64,000 nucleotides of DNA from a virus. Made by a program: the position numbers and the translations under genes. How positions within the stretch are numbered: position 1 is the stretch's first letter; each line of letters starts with the position of its first letter. The stretch lies in UHGV virus genome UHGV-0072281, one strand, 5' to 3'. Of the stretch, positions 19,541 through 29,643 are shown piece by piece. A model generated the notes under the pieces. The model did not search any database. It was not told the DNA's origin and saw nothing but the letters and a program-made list of their open reading frames with translations.

Positions 19541-20101
19541 ATGAAATATGCTTATTTAAAAGACGGTAATGTGATCGACTGGAATGTTACCGAAGACATG
19601 ATTGCTTTGCGTGGCCACACTGTAGATATTTATACGCCTGTAGTAGAATCTGCTAAACCGGTTGTTAACCCTGATTGTTATATCGTGTTCGAAACAACAC
19701 CAAAACTGGTAAAAGGCAAGCTGGTTCAACAGTGGGTGACTGAAGTGCTGCCTAAAGAAACGGTAGTACGTAACCAGAAGGCACGTTTAGCGGAAATTCG
19801 TTATGCGAAAGAAACTGCCGGGATTACGTTTAAAGACCAAACTATTCCTACGACACGTGATGTACGTTATCAGTTAATTCAGTCTAAACACGTTGATTCT
19901 ACGCAACCTATTAACTGGAAGCTAGGCGATACGTGGCTAAGTCTTACTCAGGAAGACATTGATGCGCTGCTGGTTGCAATCGCAACTTATGTTGAGAAAT
20001 GCTACGCGGCAGAACGCACAGTCTCCGAGAAAATCACTAAGGTGAAAGCACCTGAAAAACTGGATGTAGAAACCTTATTTAACGACGCTTTCGCAGCGTA
20101 A
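19541..20101 (+). CDS. Hypothetical protein (possible fibre assembly factor by position)
   Basis: 186-aa ORF immediately downstream of fibre gene; function inferred only from position. Confidence 0.5.
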   Translation: MKYAYLKDGNVIDWNVTEDMIALRGHTVDIYTPVVESAKPVVNPDCYIVFETTPKLVKGKLVQQWVTEVLPKETVVRNQKARLAEIRYAKETAGITFKDQTIPTTRDVRYQLIQSKHVDSTQPINWKLGDTWLSLTQEDIDALLVAIATYVEKCYAAERTVSEKITKVKAPEKLDVETLFNDAFAA

Positions 20102-20104
20102 CAC

Positions 20105-20148
20105 GGTAGCAGGGGCTAAGCCCCTGCTACCTTTTTCTTTATTTTTTC
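20105..20148 (+). terminator. Rho-independent terminator
   Basis: Hairpin ggtagcagggg-ctaag-cccctgctacc followed by T-rich run. Confidence 0.8.
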
Positions 20149-20194
20149 TCAGATATATATTACCTAGAGGAGAGTGAAATTTACATTCACTCCA
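20149..20194 (+). promoter_or_regulatory. Promoter-like motif TCAGATATATATTACC plus downstream inverted repeat (gagtgaa/ttcactc)
   Basis: Exact motif copy; precedes gene 20222. Confidence 0.5.
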
Positions 20195-20221
20195 TTAGTT
20201 ATAGCCGAAAAGGAGGATTAG

Positions 20222-21073
20222 ATGTATCACCCGTATTATCTCCCGCACATTCTAGCAAATAGAGACCCTGGTTATTACTACGAACAAACAAAAGGATCTT
20301 TTAATCGGCTCTACATTCGCGAATTTAATACTGATGAAATGACCGATGACCAGTATCTGGAGTATCTAAAAGACCTCTACGGTTTTTCAAAATCGAATAA
20401 AGGTGGCTTTGGACGTTCCGCAGTTATTAGAGTTGGTGAATATCGTCATTTGGCTAAGCCCGTTACGTATCCTATTGTTACACGCGCTTATACATCGGAT
20501 AGGCAATATATTGCTGAACTAAAATTTCCTTTACGGATAGACGGGCCACAAATTAGCGCTATAGAAGTAGAAATTCAACCAATTGCTGAAGACTATATTG
20601 AAGTCTACTTCAAGAAAGCTAAAGAGGTACTCGAGGAGGGTTTAAGCTACTATGAAGAAGGAACGATTTGTCTTCTTTCGTTACTCACGAAGGCTTATGT
20701 CACAGCAAATTTCCGTATCTCCGACTCCAGTGACTATAACACATTTACCCCCTCTAAGGCAAAACCTGTTTATTGGGACGATCAGTTAGTCGACAGACAA
20801 CGCTGGCTTACTATCTTAGATAAAGTAAAATTCGAACCCCCTAAACACACTGAAGACAACTTTATTCTATCCCACAACTTCGAACCGATCTATATTCCGA
20901 CGCATTTTGAGCAAGCCTTACGTCATCGATTGAAGTATGTGTTGGAATTACGGTACGGGAAGATAAATGGGCTAACTTGTTCTGGTGAATTGAGTGAAGA
21001 AGAACGCGAGAAGATAAAAATCGTGTTTGATAAGTTGGTTGAAGATTACATTAAGAAGGAAGGACAGTTATGA
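20222..21073 (+). CDS. Hypothetical protein
   Basis: 283-aa ORF with AAGGAGG RBS. Confidence 0.65.
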   Translation: MYHPYYLPHILANRDPGYYYEQTKGSFNRLYIREFNTDEMTDDQYLEYLKDLYGFSKSNKGGFGRSAVIRVGEYRHLAKPVTYPIVTRAYTSDRQYIAELKFPLRIDGPQISAIEVEIQPIAEDYIEVYFKKAKEVLEEGLSYYEEGTICLLSLLTKAYVTANFRISDSSDYNTFTPSKAKPVYWDDQLVDRQRWLTILDKVKFEPPKHTEDNFILSHNFEPIYIPTHFEQALRHRLKYVLELRYGKINGLTCSGELSEEEREKIKIVFDKLVEDYIKKEGQL

Positions 21074-21513
21074 AACCAAATACTACTAACGGCATTATGT
21101 TACTTTGTGATTCTGAAACGTTAGCAAACCGTATTCGTGGTTTGATGCAAGTACGTTGGCAGCAAAAGGTTCGCGTGGATTATGCTGCTCCGTTTGTTCA
21201 CGTTAGTTGGTTGCCAGAAGCTAACGATTTCAAAGAAAATATCACCACGAAAAGAATTAAAAATTGGTTAATGGCAATCATTAACAAACAGATTACCGTT
21301 ATCAATTTCCAGTTGTTCGGTAGTAAAGAGGAACATGATACCTTAAAACGCTGTTTAAGGGGATTGGATCTTGCCTTTTCTGTTCGTGGAAATTGTTACA
21401 CAGCGTTCTTCATCGGTTCTCTCGAGTTATTTCAGGGAACATTAAACATTCAACTAAAAGAAGATTACGGGATTGTAAATAAGATTGATTTCGAATTCCC
21501 AGCAATGATTTAA
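21070..21513 (+). CDS. Hypothetical protein
   Basis: 147-aa ORF, ATGA overlap. Confidence 0.6.
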   Translation: MKPNTTNGIMLLCDSETLANRIRGLMQVRWQQKVRVDYAAPFVHVSWLPEANDFKENITTKRIKNWLMAIINKQITVINFQLFGSKEEHDTLKRCLRGLDLAFSVRGNCYTAFFIGSLELFQGTLNIQLKEDYGIVNKIDFEFPAMI

Positions 21514-21524
21514 GGAGTAGTAGC

Positions 21525-22352
21525 ATGTTACAGTTCGAACTCACCGAAGAAAGAAAAGTCGTTAACGAGTTTAAAATTTCCCCTATCCCTACCGAAAAAC
21601 AAATTAAAGAAATCGCTGAGTTACAAAATAAGTACAGCTTTTACTATAAAGTTAAATCGGAAACATTTAATATTTTCTGGACCGAAGACGAGGTCAATTT
21701 CCCTAACAAACTCATTAATGCGGCTCTAGATATTTTAGTACGGCCTGTTGAGACGTCTAAAGATCCAGAACAAACCACTTGTAGGTTGAAAGTCGAGCGC
21801 CCAGCGAAGGATGTTGCTTACTTCACAGACGAGATTCTACTTACCTCCAAACAGGCAGGTAAAATTGGATCAATATTATACCTTTTTTACAGCGACAAAT
21901 TCACTTATCTGGTTGAAAACAACGTACTTAAAGTGAACTATGAATATGCTAGTTATCGTGTTCTTTTAAATCAACTATTGGAAGACATAGAGGGAGAAAA
22001 TGTTCTGGTATTTACAGTTGAATATATTAGCAAAGCCGATGCTGGCGAGTTTATCCGCCGCGTGAAAGATGAACTCGAAGACCGTGAATTTATGATTTAT
22101 CAAAGCAAATATCTTGAAGGTAACTTGAATCTCTTGATCAGAAACGAATCATGGATTCTTAAAGTTTTGGAATCCCATGCGCAGAAAATTAAGAGAGGCA
22201 GTGATTGTTTTAAACAAATTTTCGAGAAATACGAAACGGAAATTAGACAACGGCTTGCATCCCACTGGGCCGTAGATCAGGATGTGGAATACGCCCAGCT
22301 ATTTGATAAGTTTTATAACGAGATGAGGAGGGTTTGGGATCTTAAACAATAG
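21525..22352 (+). CDS. Hypothetical protein
   Basis: 275-aa ORF with AAGGAG RBS. Confidence 0.6.
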   Translation: MLQFELTEERKVVNEFKISPIPTEKQIKEIAELQNKYSFYYKVKSETFNIFWTEDEVNFPNKLINAALDILVRPVETSKDPEQTTCRLKVERPAKDVAYFTDEILLTSKQAGKIGSILYLFYSDKFTYLVENNVLKVNYEYASYRVLLNQLLEDIEGENVLVFTVEYISKADAGEFIRRVKDELEDREFMIYQSKYLEGNLNLLIRNESWILKVLESHAQKIKRGSDCFKQIFEKYETEIRQRLASHWAVDQDVEYAQLFDKFYNEMRRVWDLKQ

Positions 22353-22432
22353 GCCGAAGATCATTTCCGTAAGTATTAAACAGGGGGATTTACGTCCCCT
22401 CAACACAGAGCAAACCCCTAAAGGAGCATTAA

Positions 22433-22948
22433 ATGTCAGTAAATATTAACATGAATCTTTATACTAAACGTGAACGTCAGATTCTGGCGAATCAACCCGG
22501 TGTTACGACTATTGACGGTAAACCCATTGACCGTTTAAAAGTTATCGTTGCGCGAAATTGCCATGAACGCGATTGGGACATTACCTACTTCCGTTGTTGT
22601 TCGGTCGCAAACGCGCTTACCCAACTCTCCAACTACCACCCAGGGCCGTTATTAAAAGACTGGGTTTGGTTAGTACCCAAAACACCTTCGGCGATTGAAT
22701 ACCCCTCAGGGTTGGTTTATATCCGTCCTGTTGCTTATCCAGAACGTCTGAAAGAGTATCTTGAAGTTATCTGGAACCGTCCTCGTAAAGAGCTGGTGAC
22801 GATCATTAATTTACTGCAACAGATCGATATCCCCGGAGTTTTGAATTTGAAACTCACGTCTCGCGATATTAACCAGGCTTACTGGGAACTAGAGTGGACA
22901 GAACCGAAATTCGAAAACACTAACCGTATTTTCTTGCACCGGGGGTAA
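22433..22948 (+). CDS. Hypothetical protein
   Basis: 171-aa ORF with AAAGGAG RBS. Confidence 0.6.
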   Translation: MSVNINMNLYTKRERQILANQPGVTTIDGKPIDRLKVIVARNCHERDWDITYFRCCSVANALTQLSNYHPGPLLKDWVWLVPKTPSAIEYPSGLVYIRPVAYPERLKEYLEVIWNRPRKELVTIINLLQQIDIPGVLNLKLTSRDINQAYWELEWTEPKFENTNRIFLHRG

Positions 22949-22950
22949 AA

Positions 22951-23232
22951 ATGTTAAATTGGTTGTTGGGTTTAATTAACTCACGTCAACAGGAGCTTTA
23001 TAAAGAAAACACACGATTACGGCAGGAACTTAATAACAATCGTCAGACCAAACGACAATTAATTCGGATGGTAAAACAACAGGCGCGTTGTATACGGGAT
23101 ATCGATTATCAGTATCACCGTCTGAATACCTTAGACCCAACAACAAAAGCTTTAGGTAGTACGATTGGACACGCACGTAAAGTCAGTCACGATGCGTTAG
23201 TTCGAATCGATACAATAGAAGAGAAACTGTGA
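22951..23232 (+). CDS. Hypothetical coiled-coil protein
   Basis: 93-aa ORF, basic/Gln-rich heptad-like sequence. Confidence 0.5.
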   Translation: MLNWLLGLINSRQQELYKENTRLRQELNNNRQTKRQLIRMVKQQARCIRDIDYQYHRLNTLDPTTKALGSTIGHARKVSHDALVRIDTIEEKL

Positions 23233-23275
23233 TTAGCACTCCCTCGGTTTTCCCGAGGGAGATAAGGTGTTTTGC

Positions 23276-23665
23276 ATGAAGCGTTTATCTTACTTAAAAA
23301 GACGTTTGTTACTAAAGGTCCAATTATTCATCAATGGGAAAGTTAAAAACTGGCTATGTGGTGAAAGGGTACAACGTATCGTCAGTGAGGGCGACTGGTA
23401 TACGGAAATCGTGGTTTCCCCAAATGGCGAGCTTATAAACGTTACCATTCGTGACGTTTTGGTTAAGATTGGCAGGGAAGGTGGTTTGCTGTTTGAATCG
23501 GAAACTACAAAAGTCGTTGCTAAACAATTGAAAGAAGGTCGGATTATATTCAACGTTGCTGCCCAAAAATACTACGACAATTTATTCGAATGTCAACGAG
23601 CAATAGGCAGAATGACTCGTGAGATGCGAAGAATGCACATCACGGAGATCACTATAGGAGTTTAA
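23276..23665 (+). CDS. Hypothetical protein
   Basis: ATG 23276 with TAAGG RBS (track begins at GTG 23267). Confidence 0.5.
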   Translation: MKRLSYLKRRLLLKVQLFINGKVKNWLCGERVQRIVSEGDWYTEIVVSPNGELINVTIRDVLVKIGREGGLLFESETTKVVAKQLKEGRIIFNVAAQKYYDNLFECQRAIGRMTREMRRMHITEITIGV

Positions 23666-23667
23666 CG

Positions 23668-23976
23668 ATGGAAAATAAAATCGCAAACACAACGGCACCT
23701 GAGAACATCGTCAACTATATTCTCAGTGGCGGGTTATTAGAAGACAACAAAGAAACGTGCGATAAACTCGTTTCACAACTACTGCCTATTCGTTCAGAAT
23801 ACTGCGAAATCGTTATCTTAGGTTCTGAGTATTGCGTACGTTCTTACTGTCGTCGTTTCGAAGCCTTACGCGTTCCACGTACGTTAGGTGGCGTGATACT
23901 CTTAGTCTCTAACTTTCACAGTGCACACGTTCGTGTTGCAACCTGGATTGCAAACGGTGGCGATAATGGTTTTTAA
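23668..23976 (+). CDS. Hypothetical protein
   Basis: 102-aa ORF, TAACGATG overlap region. Confidence 0.5.
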   Translation: MENKIANTTAPENIVNYILSGGLLEDNKETCDKLVSQLLPIRSEYCEIVILGSEYCVRSYCRRFEALRVPRTLGGVILLVSNFHSAHVRVATWIANGGDNGF

Positions 23977-24065
23977 TTTATTTAAACGTAAGGAATGTCC
24001 TGTCTGCGAAACCTGCGAAAAAAATTATCTCTACGCAAGATGAGCTAATCAAACAGCAAGATAAG

Positions 24066-24254
24066 TTGCTCACTGAAATGGGCGAACTCTATTTTAAACT
24101 TTGTGCTATTACCGAACTGGTTAGTGAAGGTGTGTTAACGAAAGACGGTGGATTAGAGTTGGTCAAGAAGGCAACGATTCACTGTCGTCCTGAAGTAGAA
24201 AAATATAAACTTGAAGTGAAACGTGAAATGTGGGAGATTATTAATGAAGCGTGA
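24066..24254 (+). CDS. Hypothetical small protein (start uncertain)
   Basis: 62-aa ORF from TTG; weak RBS. Confidence 0.3.
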   Translation: MLTEMGELYFKLCAITELVSEGVLTKDGGLELVKKATIHCRPEVEKYKLEVKREMWEIINEA

Positions 24255-24525
24255 AACAGTTGTATTTCGTAGTAATGGTGATGTGGTTTTGTATCGTGGT
24301 AAGAAACGTATTCGTACGTTAGAATACCGTGAAGCAAAACGTTTTGTTGAAGAGTGTGCATGGTTAATGCATTACGAAGGGAACTATCGTGCTATCTTAG
24401 AAGCTCCGCGTTTAGAACGTGCGGTTGCACAGATGGCAATAGGTAATCCTAAGAACTGTTACCTGGCCCGTAAGCCAAAATACTTACAGCGTCTTTCGTT
24501 AGGCAGCTTTATTGCTGGATTTTAA
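24244..24525 (+). CDS. Hypothetical protein
   Basis: ATG 24244 with GGAG RBS, overlapping upstream stop; track ORF begins 24223. Confidence 0.45.
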   Translation: MKRETVVFRSNGDVVLYRGKKRIRTLEYREAKRFVEECAWLMHYEGNYRAILEAPRLERAVAQMAIGNPKNCYLARKPKYLQRLSLGSFIAGF

Positions 24526-24536
24526 TAAAAATAATT

Positions 24537-24577
24537 TCAGATATATATTACCTAGGTGAGAGTTCAGTTACTCTCAC
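24537..24577 (+). promoter_or_regulatory. Promoter-like motif TCAGATATATATTACC plus downstream inverted repeat (gtgagagt/actctcac)
   Basis: Exact motif copy; precedes gene 24608. Confidence 0.5.
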
Positions 24578-24607
24578 TTAACCAAAACCATTTTAGGAGC
24601 ATATACC

Positions 24608-25102
24608 ATGAACTTCACTAGACTTGACTACACTAACGAATTAGTCGACAAAGAAAAATACAAATTCACCGTTGGCTTGGGTTACGGATTACTGGACGTA
24701 GAAAAAGACGTCCTGCACAAAGAATTCCGTGAACAGTTCGGTGCTCTGTTCTGCGCAGGTTTCCGCAGAAACACTATCGATATCGGTTATAGCGCAACAG
24801 CGTATACCGACGAAGAAATGTTTAAGCTGGTAACACAGATTATCGGTACGCGTGGAGCCAAACGACTCAACTATTCCAACGAACTTGTTTCGAAAGAACA
24901 TTACAAGTTCACCGTTAGACTACCTGTTCCCCTCACAGAAGAGGATAAGAACATCCTCTATAAAGCCCTTCAAACCGAATTCGGTAAAACGCTCAAAGTA
25001 GGGTTCCGTAATCGTAGTATCGATATCGGAATTAGTGTAGACGTATGCAGTGACGATGACCTTTACGAACTAGTTTCGGAAGTTATCGGAAAACATCTTT
25101 AA
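24608..25102 (+). CDS. Hypothetical protein built from two tandem ~80-aa repeats
   Basis: Two internal copies: L(D/N)Y(T/S)NELV(D/S)KE(K/H)YKFTV.L....E.....L...F...FG...(C/K).GFR(R/N)(N/R)(T/S)IDIG(Y/I)S..........(M/L)(F/Y)(K/E)LV(T/S)..IG. Confidence 0.65.
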   Translation: MNFTRLDYTNELVDKEKYKFTVGLGYGLLDVEKDVLHKEFREQFGALFCAGFRRNTIDIGYSATAYTDEEMFKLVTQIIGTRGAKRLNYSNELVSKEHYKFTVRLPVPLTEEDKNILYKALQTEFGKTLKVGFRNRSIDIGISVDVCSDDDLYELVSEVIGKHL

Positions 25103-25145
25103 CGTAAATTAACACTTCGACTTGTAAATCTAAAAGGAAAATAAA

Positions 25146-25937
25146 ATGGCTACTTTAACTATTGCTAATACTCTTACTCCTCGTAAAATGAAACGTCTTA
25201 CGACTTTTATCTCTCGCTGCACACCTAGCGTCAAATTGGAAACGACCTCTGACAAAATCACGTTTTGGACTTATAGTGACGTAGAACTTGAAACTGTGAA
25301 AGGGTTTGTTAATGGGCTAGTTGAAAATACCGCATCATCACTCGTTATTAGCTTCACTAGCGAAAATAGCGAGATGAACGAAGCAACAATTTCGGATGCA
25401 ATCTATTACGCGACTGGCAATAATTTTGATACCGCCGACAGACTTAATCTTTCTAATAACCTTTGTAAAATCGACGACAAGACTTACATCCTGTATTTTA
25501 ATAGTCCGTTCCCACAAATCGGAGGTTTTAAACATTATCTTTCAATGAAACCTATCTTGGGTATAGAAGTTTTCTCTACGGATCTTGAAGACAATGTACA
25601 GCTAAACCGTATTCGTTATCGTGGTAAACGTCCAACCGAAACAGATTCTGAATACGGTGCTTGTGCTGAATGTATTCTGGTTCATAAAGATCGCTTCGCT
25701 TACTACAACCAAGACGATATTGAACGTCTTGTAGAAGCCGTCAATTTATACACTCGCGATTTTGCATTCCGATTGGTTTATAACACTTATCCGAATGGTG
25801 TAACGGCTTTCTATATCCCTCCCTACCTTTTCGACAAGGTTTATTGTATTCTGTCTAAAGAACTGGAAAAAATTAAACCGGTTTTCGTGGGCGAAGACGC
25901 TATGGCTTATATCAGGAGTGGTGCTAATGTCCTCTAA
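25146..25937 (+). CDS. Hypothetical protein
   Basis: 263-aa ORF with AGGAAAA RBS-like region. Confidence 0.6.
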   Translation: MATLTIANTLTPRKMKRLTTFISRCTPSVKLETTSDKITFWTYSDVELETVKGFVNGLVENTASSLVISFTSENSEMNEATISDAIYYATGNNFDTADRLNLSNNLCKIDDKTYILYFNSPFPQIGGFKHYLSMKPILGIEVFSTDLEDNVQLNRIRYRGKRPTETDSEYGACAECILVHKDRFAYYNQDDIERLVEAVNLYTRDFAFRLVYNTYPNGVTAFYIPPYLFDKVYCILSKELEKIKPVFVGEDAMAYIRSGANVL

Positions 25938-26358
25938 ACTTAAAGATGAATTGCGTGATTACATTCGTAAATACCCAGCCAGTATTCCGGTACTGGCTTC
26001 ACTCTCTCTGTCGGGTATGGACCTTAATACCTTAACGGTAGAAAAATTCCACGAAGTGGTAAAATCATCGTACCAAATTGTTACCGATATGTCAGTGCGG
26101 AAACGTGCTGACTACCCAGACGGTGATTTCGGTACGGAGATGTTCACAGACTACGCAGTTGCGTATCTGATGGGACGTCACTTTATCGATAAACTCAATA
26201 CGGCTGTAGAAGGAGAAACAGTTTCGGAAATTGTCAATGCTTGGCAACAACGTACTGTGAGTGATGCTTACTGTCGTCAAGCCTTAAAGAAAATGTCGGC
26301 AGTAGCGCTAACCAATGACCAACGTGCTTTAGAGTTCCTTAAGCACAATTACGAATAA
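25927..26358 (+). CDS. Hypothetical protein, paralogue of 27642-28073
   Basis: ATG 25927 with GGAG RBS; N-terminus LKDELRDYIRKYPASIPVLA parallels LKDDIRNYIRNNPIALGVLA. Confidence 0.55.
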   Translation: MSSKLKDELRDYIRKYPASIPVLASLSLSGMDLNTLTVEKFHEVVKSSYQIVTDMSVRKRADYPDGDFGTEMFTDYAVAYLMGRHFIDKLNTAVEGETVSEIVNAWQQRTVSDAYCRQALKKMSAVALTNDQRALEFLKHNYE

Positions 26359-26379
26359 TTTACCAAAAGGAAAAGTACC

Positions 26380-27564
26380 ATGTTTAATATTGAAATTACC
26401 CCGCTCGTTAAAACTAAAATCCGTCCGGTTCCCGAAGCACAATTACTCGTACAGCTTTATCATGTATTCCTAGATAAAGGTGTGGATTTCCGTGTAGAAC
26501 AGGTCAACGATGAAAGCATCGTATTCTACTGGACTCACAGCAATGATTACCTTTACACTATCGTGAAAGAAATCGGTGAGTTACTCAACCCAGTAGCCAC
26601 GAACGCCTGGGTAGAATCGACCGAGACTGAACAACCGAAAGTCGAAGAACAGCAACAGTCTATAAACAAGAGTCACGACCCGTACGTTTGCCGATATGAT
26701 GTCGAAACGATCGAGAAAATTAAAGAAGTGTTAGAGATCTTCTATCCTGATGACTTATACATCAGTCGGCAATACGACATGTTAGCTGTCAGTATGAAGG
26801 AATTCGATCCTAAGATCATGAAAGATATTCGTAGCATCATTGCTTCGATTGTTTACGACACCGTTCGACTTATTTCGTTTCAAGGTATCGGAAAAGGTGA
26901 AGCGGACGAATTCATGCGTATGGCTGTTCACGAACACAAGGAGAAAATTCGCCAGTCTAATTACGCTAACGATACTTTAACTGTGCTTGTTGATAATGAC
27001 CCTGTTGTTATTAACCAGCTGAACATCCGTATGCGTCAGTTAACAAAGAAAATTTTTCTTAAAGAGGAGCAATCGCTTGAAGAGTCCAAAGTGTCGAAAG
27101 TCTTTACTTACACTGGCCCAGATGCCAAAGCGATTGACGATACTTTGACAGCTTTCTATTCTAGCAAAGTGGAGACTAAACTCGAGGGCGAAGAACTCAC
27201 TATTAAATGGAAATGGTGGGACATTGCTCTTGAAGAAGAAATTCATAGTCTCATTAAAGAGATTGTTGACGACCGTCTACGTCTTCTAACAATCACTACT
27301 ATTGGGAAAGAAGATGCCGATACGTTTATGCGTGGTATCACTCGTTGGTTCCCTGAGAAAGTCCGTCAGTGGACTTACACAAACGATACACTTACCATTC
27401 TGCTCAATTATGAACCCGGTATTATTGGAAAGTTAAAAACTCATCTGCGTGACTTGTGGTCAGTTCGTTTTCTTAATAATAACGAGCACTTACTCGACGC
27501 GTACTTTAGAGAAATATCTTCTGGCGTAGGTTGCAACTGCCCTAACTGTCAAAAACGTCGTTAA
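26380..27564 (+). CDS. Hypothetical protein with internal repeats and C-terminal Cys motif
   Basis: 394 aa; repeated (I/T)GK(G/E)(E/D)AD.FMR.......EK(I/V)RQ..Y.NDTLT(V/I)L(V/L) units; ends GCNCPNCQKRR. Confidence 0.6.
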   Translation: MFNIEITPLVKTKIRPVPEAQLLVQLYHVFLDKGVDFRVEQVNDESIVFYWTHSNDYLYTIVKEIGELLNPVATNAWVESTETEQPKVEEQQQSINKSHDPYVCRYDVETIEKIKEVLEIFYPDDLYISRQYDMLAVSMKEFDPKIMKDIRSIIASIVYDTVRLISFQGIGKGEADEFMRMAVHEHKEKIRQSNYANDTLTVLVDNDPVVINQLNIRMRQLTKKIFLKEEQSLEESKVSKVFTYTGPDAKAIDDTLTAFYSSKVETKLEGEELTIKWKWWDIALEEEIHSLIKEIVDDRLRLLTITTIGKEDADTFMRGITRWFPEKVRQWTYTNDTLTILLNYEPGIIGKLKTHLRDLWSVRFLNNNEHLLDAYFREISSGVGCNCPNCQKRR

Positions 27565-27587
27565 TTAACGACTTTCTAAATTCATCT

Positions 27588-27625
27588 AGAGGGGTGGTTT
27601 ACCACCCCTCTATTATTGTATTTAC
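27588..27625 (+). terminator. Rho-independent terminator (probable)
   Basis: Hairpin agaggggtgg-ttt-accacccctct followed by T-rich sequence. Confidence 0.6.
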
Positions 27626-27641
27626 CTAAAGGAGTATTAAA

Positions 27642-28073
27642 ATGTTTTTCGTATTAAAAGATGATATCCGTAACTACATTCGTAACAACCCTATTGCTCT
27701 GGGCGTTTTAGCAGGTTTCTGTCGTCCAAATACTGATTTCGATTTAGTTAAGTTAGAAGAATATCAGGAAATTGTGAATACTAACTACATGCACATCTGT
27801 AGCTGGGGTAAACGTCCTCGCGAAGAGTACCCTGTAGGTGAGTTAGGTGACACTATGCATCGTGACCAGAATCTGATGCACGAATTCGTTGAATACACAC
27901 TGGAAAATCTTAACTATCCGCTTCTGGTCGACACTGTACCAGAAATGGTTGACGAATGGTTAAGTCGTGTTTACAATGACCCTACTGCCAGCACTCTACT
28001 GAGTCAGATGTCGCAAACTTCTCGTGATATCGACACCCGGACCCTGATGTACCTAGCACACAACGTTCGCTAA
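27642..28073 (+). CDS. Hypothetical protein, paralogue of 25927-26358
   Basis: 143-aa ORF with AAAGGAG RBS. Confidence 0.6.
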   Translation: MFFVLKDDIRNYIRNNPIALGVLAGFCRPNTDFDLVKLEEYQEIVNTNYMHICSWGKRPREEYPVGELGDTMHRDQNLMHEFVEYTLENLNYPLLVDTVPEMVDEWLSRVYNDPTASTLLSQMSQTSRDIDTRTLMYLAHNVR

Positions 28074-28080
28074 CCTTACT

Positions 28081-28140
28081 CCGCTATAGGCTTCGGTCTA
28101 TAGCGGAATTAATTTTCTTTCCCTTTTCTTTTTTGTTATT
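28081..28140 (+). terminator. Rho-independent terminator
   Basis: Hairpin ccgctatagg-cttcgg-tctatagcgg followed by long T-rich tract. Confidence 0.7.
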
Positions 28141-28239
28141 TTGACACCACTTTACTTACACCCTACCCGACTATTCCTATGCTGGCTGAGGGATGTAAAA
28201 CGACCTCTTAAACCTTTTTACTTACTGTGAGTTAACGCG

Positions 28240-29088
28240 ATGTCTCTTACGTCAAAACAGAAACTGCTAAAACTCATCAACACTGAAAACAATATTAGTC
28301 CACCGTTGACTTTCAGTGATGTTGATATCGGAGAACCTACTGGTACTGGGGTTGATACCCAGGTGGTTCTGACCTCTAAACTCAAAGGCGATGAGTCTAC
28401 TACTTTAACAGTGACTTACCACCGTCGTAATTTACCTGACTACTTAACCGGTGAGTTGGTTTTCGGTAACGACAGTGTGGTAACCGCATCAGATTTGCTT
28501 AATGCGATCAACGCAAAATACAACCTAAATATTTTACCCTCGGATATCGTTGACGCAAAAGTTGAAGGTGAAACCCATCAGCTTACCGCTAACGAGAAAT
28601 CTTACGAGTGGTGCGGTGTAGTAACACTTACGCTGCGTGATCCTATTGACCTGACTGAACTGTTACCAGTTACTCAATTAGAGAATCTGGTAGAGTATCC
28701 GTCCACTAAGAAAGGTAACGCTGCGGTTTATTCTCACCCGATCGATTTCACCGCAGAAAAAGATTACCTTGACCCGATTACTATCAACGACACCGTAGAC
28801 TTGGTCGAGTTAGCCGCTAAACTGGATGGCGTCGTTGACGAGAAATGGGTAAGTGTGCCTAAGAACGCGACTAACAACCTGTACGGTGCGAAGGTTATTT
28901 ACGATGGCCCAACCGCAGGTTACGAAGGCGCAAATACGAAGTTCACTCGTGTGTTGGTGCTGACGCTCAGCCCGCTGTGTTCTAACCTGACAGGTAATCT
29001 GTTAATCCACTTTAACGGTACCGATCGTCCGAAGTCGAAGATTGAATTAGCACAGACTAATCCGGTCTTACCGGGATTCTTAGATTAA
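28240..29088 (+). CDS. Hypothetical protein, fibre-adjacent-type paralogue family
   Basis: 282-aa ORF; N-terminal region similar in pattern to 29102 and 32238/32820/33394 family. Confidence 0.55.
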   Translation: MSLTSKQKLLKLINTENNISPPLTFSDVDIGEPTGTGVDTQVVLTSKLKGDESTTLTVTYHRRNLPDYLTGELVFGNDSVVTASDLLNAINAKYNLNILPSDIVDAKVEGETHQLTANEKSYEWCGVVTLTLRDPIDLTELLPVTQLENLVEYPSTKKGNAAVYSHPIDFTAEKDYLDPITINDTVDLVELAAKLDGVVDEKWVSVPKNATNNLYGAKVIYDGPTAGYEGANTKFTRVLVLTLSPLCSNLTGNLLIHFNGTDRPKSKIELAQTNPVLPGFLD

Positions 29089-29101
29089 GAGGATTACAGT
29101 A

Positions 29102-29581
29102 ATGACCAATCAAGAAACTATCTTCGACCTTATTAAAAAGGCTAACCCAGACGCTGAGTTCGACACCACCAAAGTCACACTGGGTGACCCGGTCGTAACC
29201 ACCGGTACGTACAATACCGAAATCACAGTTGCGTCAATTAAGAATCTCGGTTATACTAACGAACAAACGTTCCAGTATAACCGGATCGACGCAGGTTTGT
29301 ATTTCCTGAACGTATTACCGAAACTGTTGGTGGAATCGGCAACAACGACCGCTGACTTACTGCCTGTCATTAACGAGCAGTACAGCCTAACCCTTACAGA
29401 AGACGATGTATGGGTAGAGCAGGTTGGTGAGTTACCGTTAGACGGAAGCGCAATCGAACACGGTATTTTCTTCCGTCCTGAGTGTCTGACCTGGGTTGGC
29501 GGTTTTACAGTGCGAGTTGCGCGTAAACCGGCTGGCGCTACGCCACCCGAGACGGGGGCTCGCGCTAAGAAGAAAAAATAA
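29102..29581 (+). CDS. Hypothetical protein, same family
   Basis: 159-aa ORF, GAGGA RBS; basic C-terminal tail ARAKKKK. Confidence 0.55.
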   Translation: MTNQETIFDLIKKANPDAEFDTTKVTLGDPVVTTGTYNTEITVASIKNLGYTNEQTFQYNRIDAGLYFLNVLPKLLVESATTTADLLPVINEQYSLTLTEDDVWVEQVGELPLDGSAIEHGIFFRPECLTWVGGFTVRVARKPAGATPPETGARAKKKK

Positions 29582-29585
29582 TTAC

Positions 29586-29620
29586 AGGGTGGGGTAATCC
29601 CCACCCTCTTTTCTTTTTTG
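29586..29620 (+). terminator. Rho-independent terminator
   Basis: Hairpin agggtgggg-taat-ccccaccct followed by T-run. Confidence 0.8.
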
Positions 29621-29643
29621 TGTAAAATAGGAGTTAAACGAAA

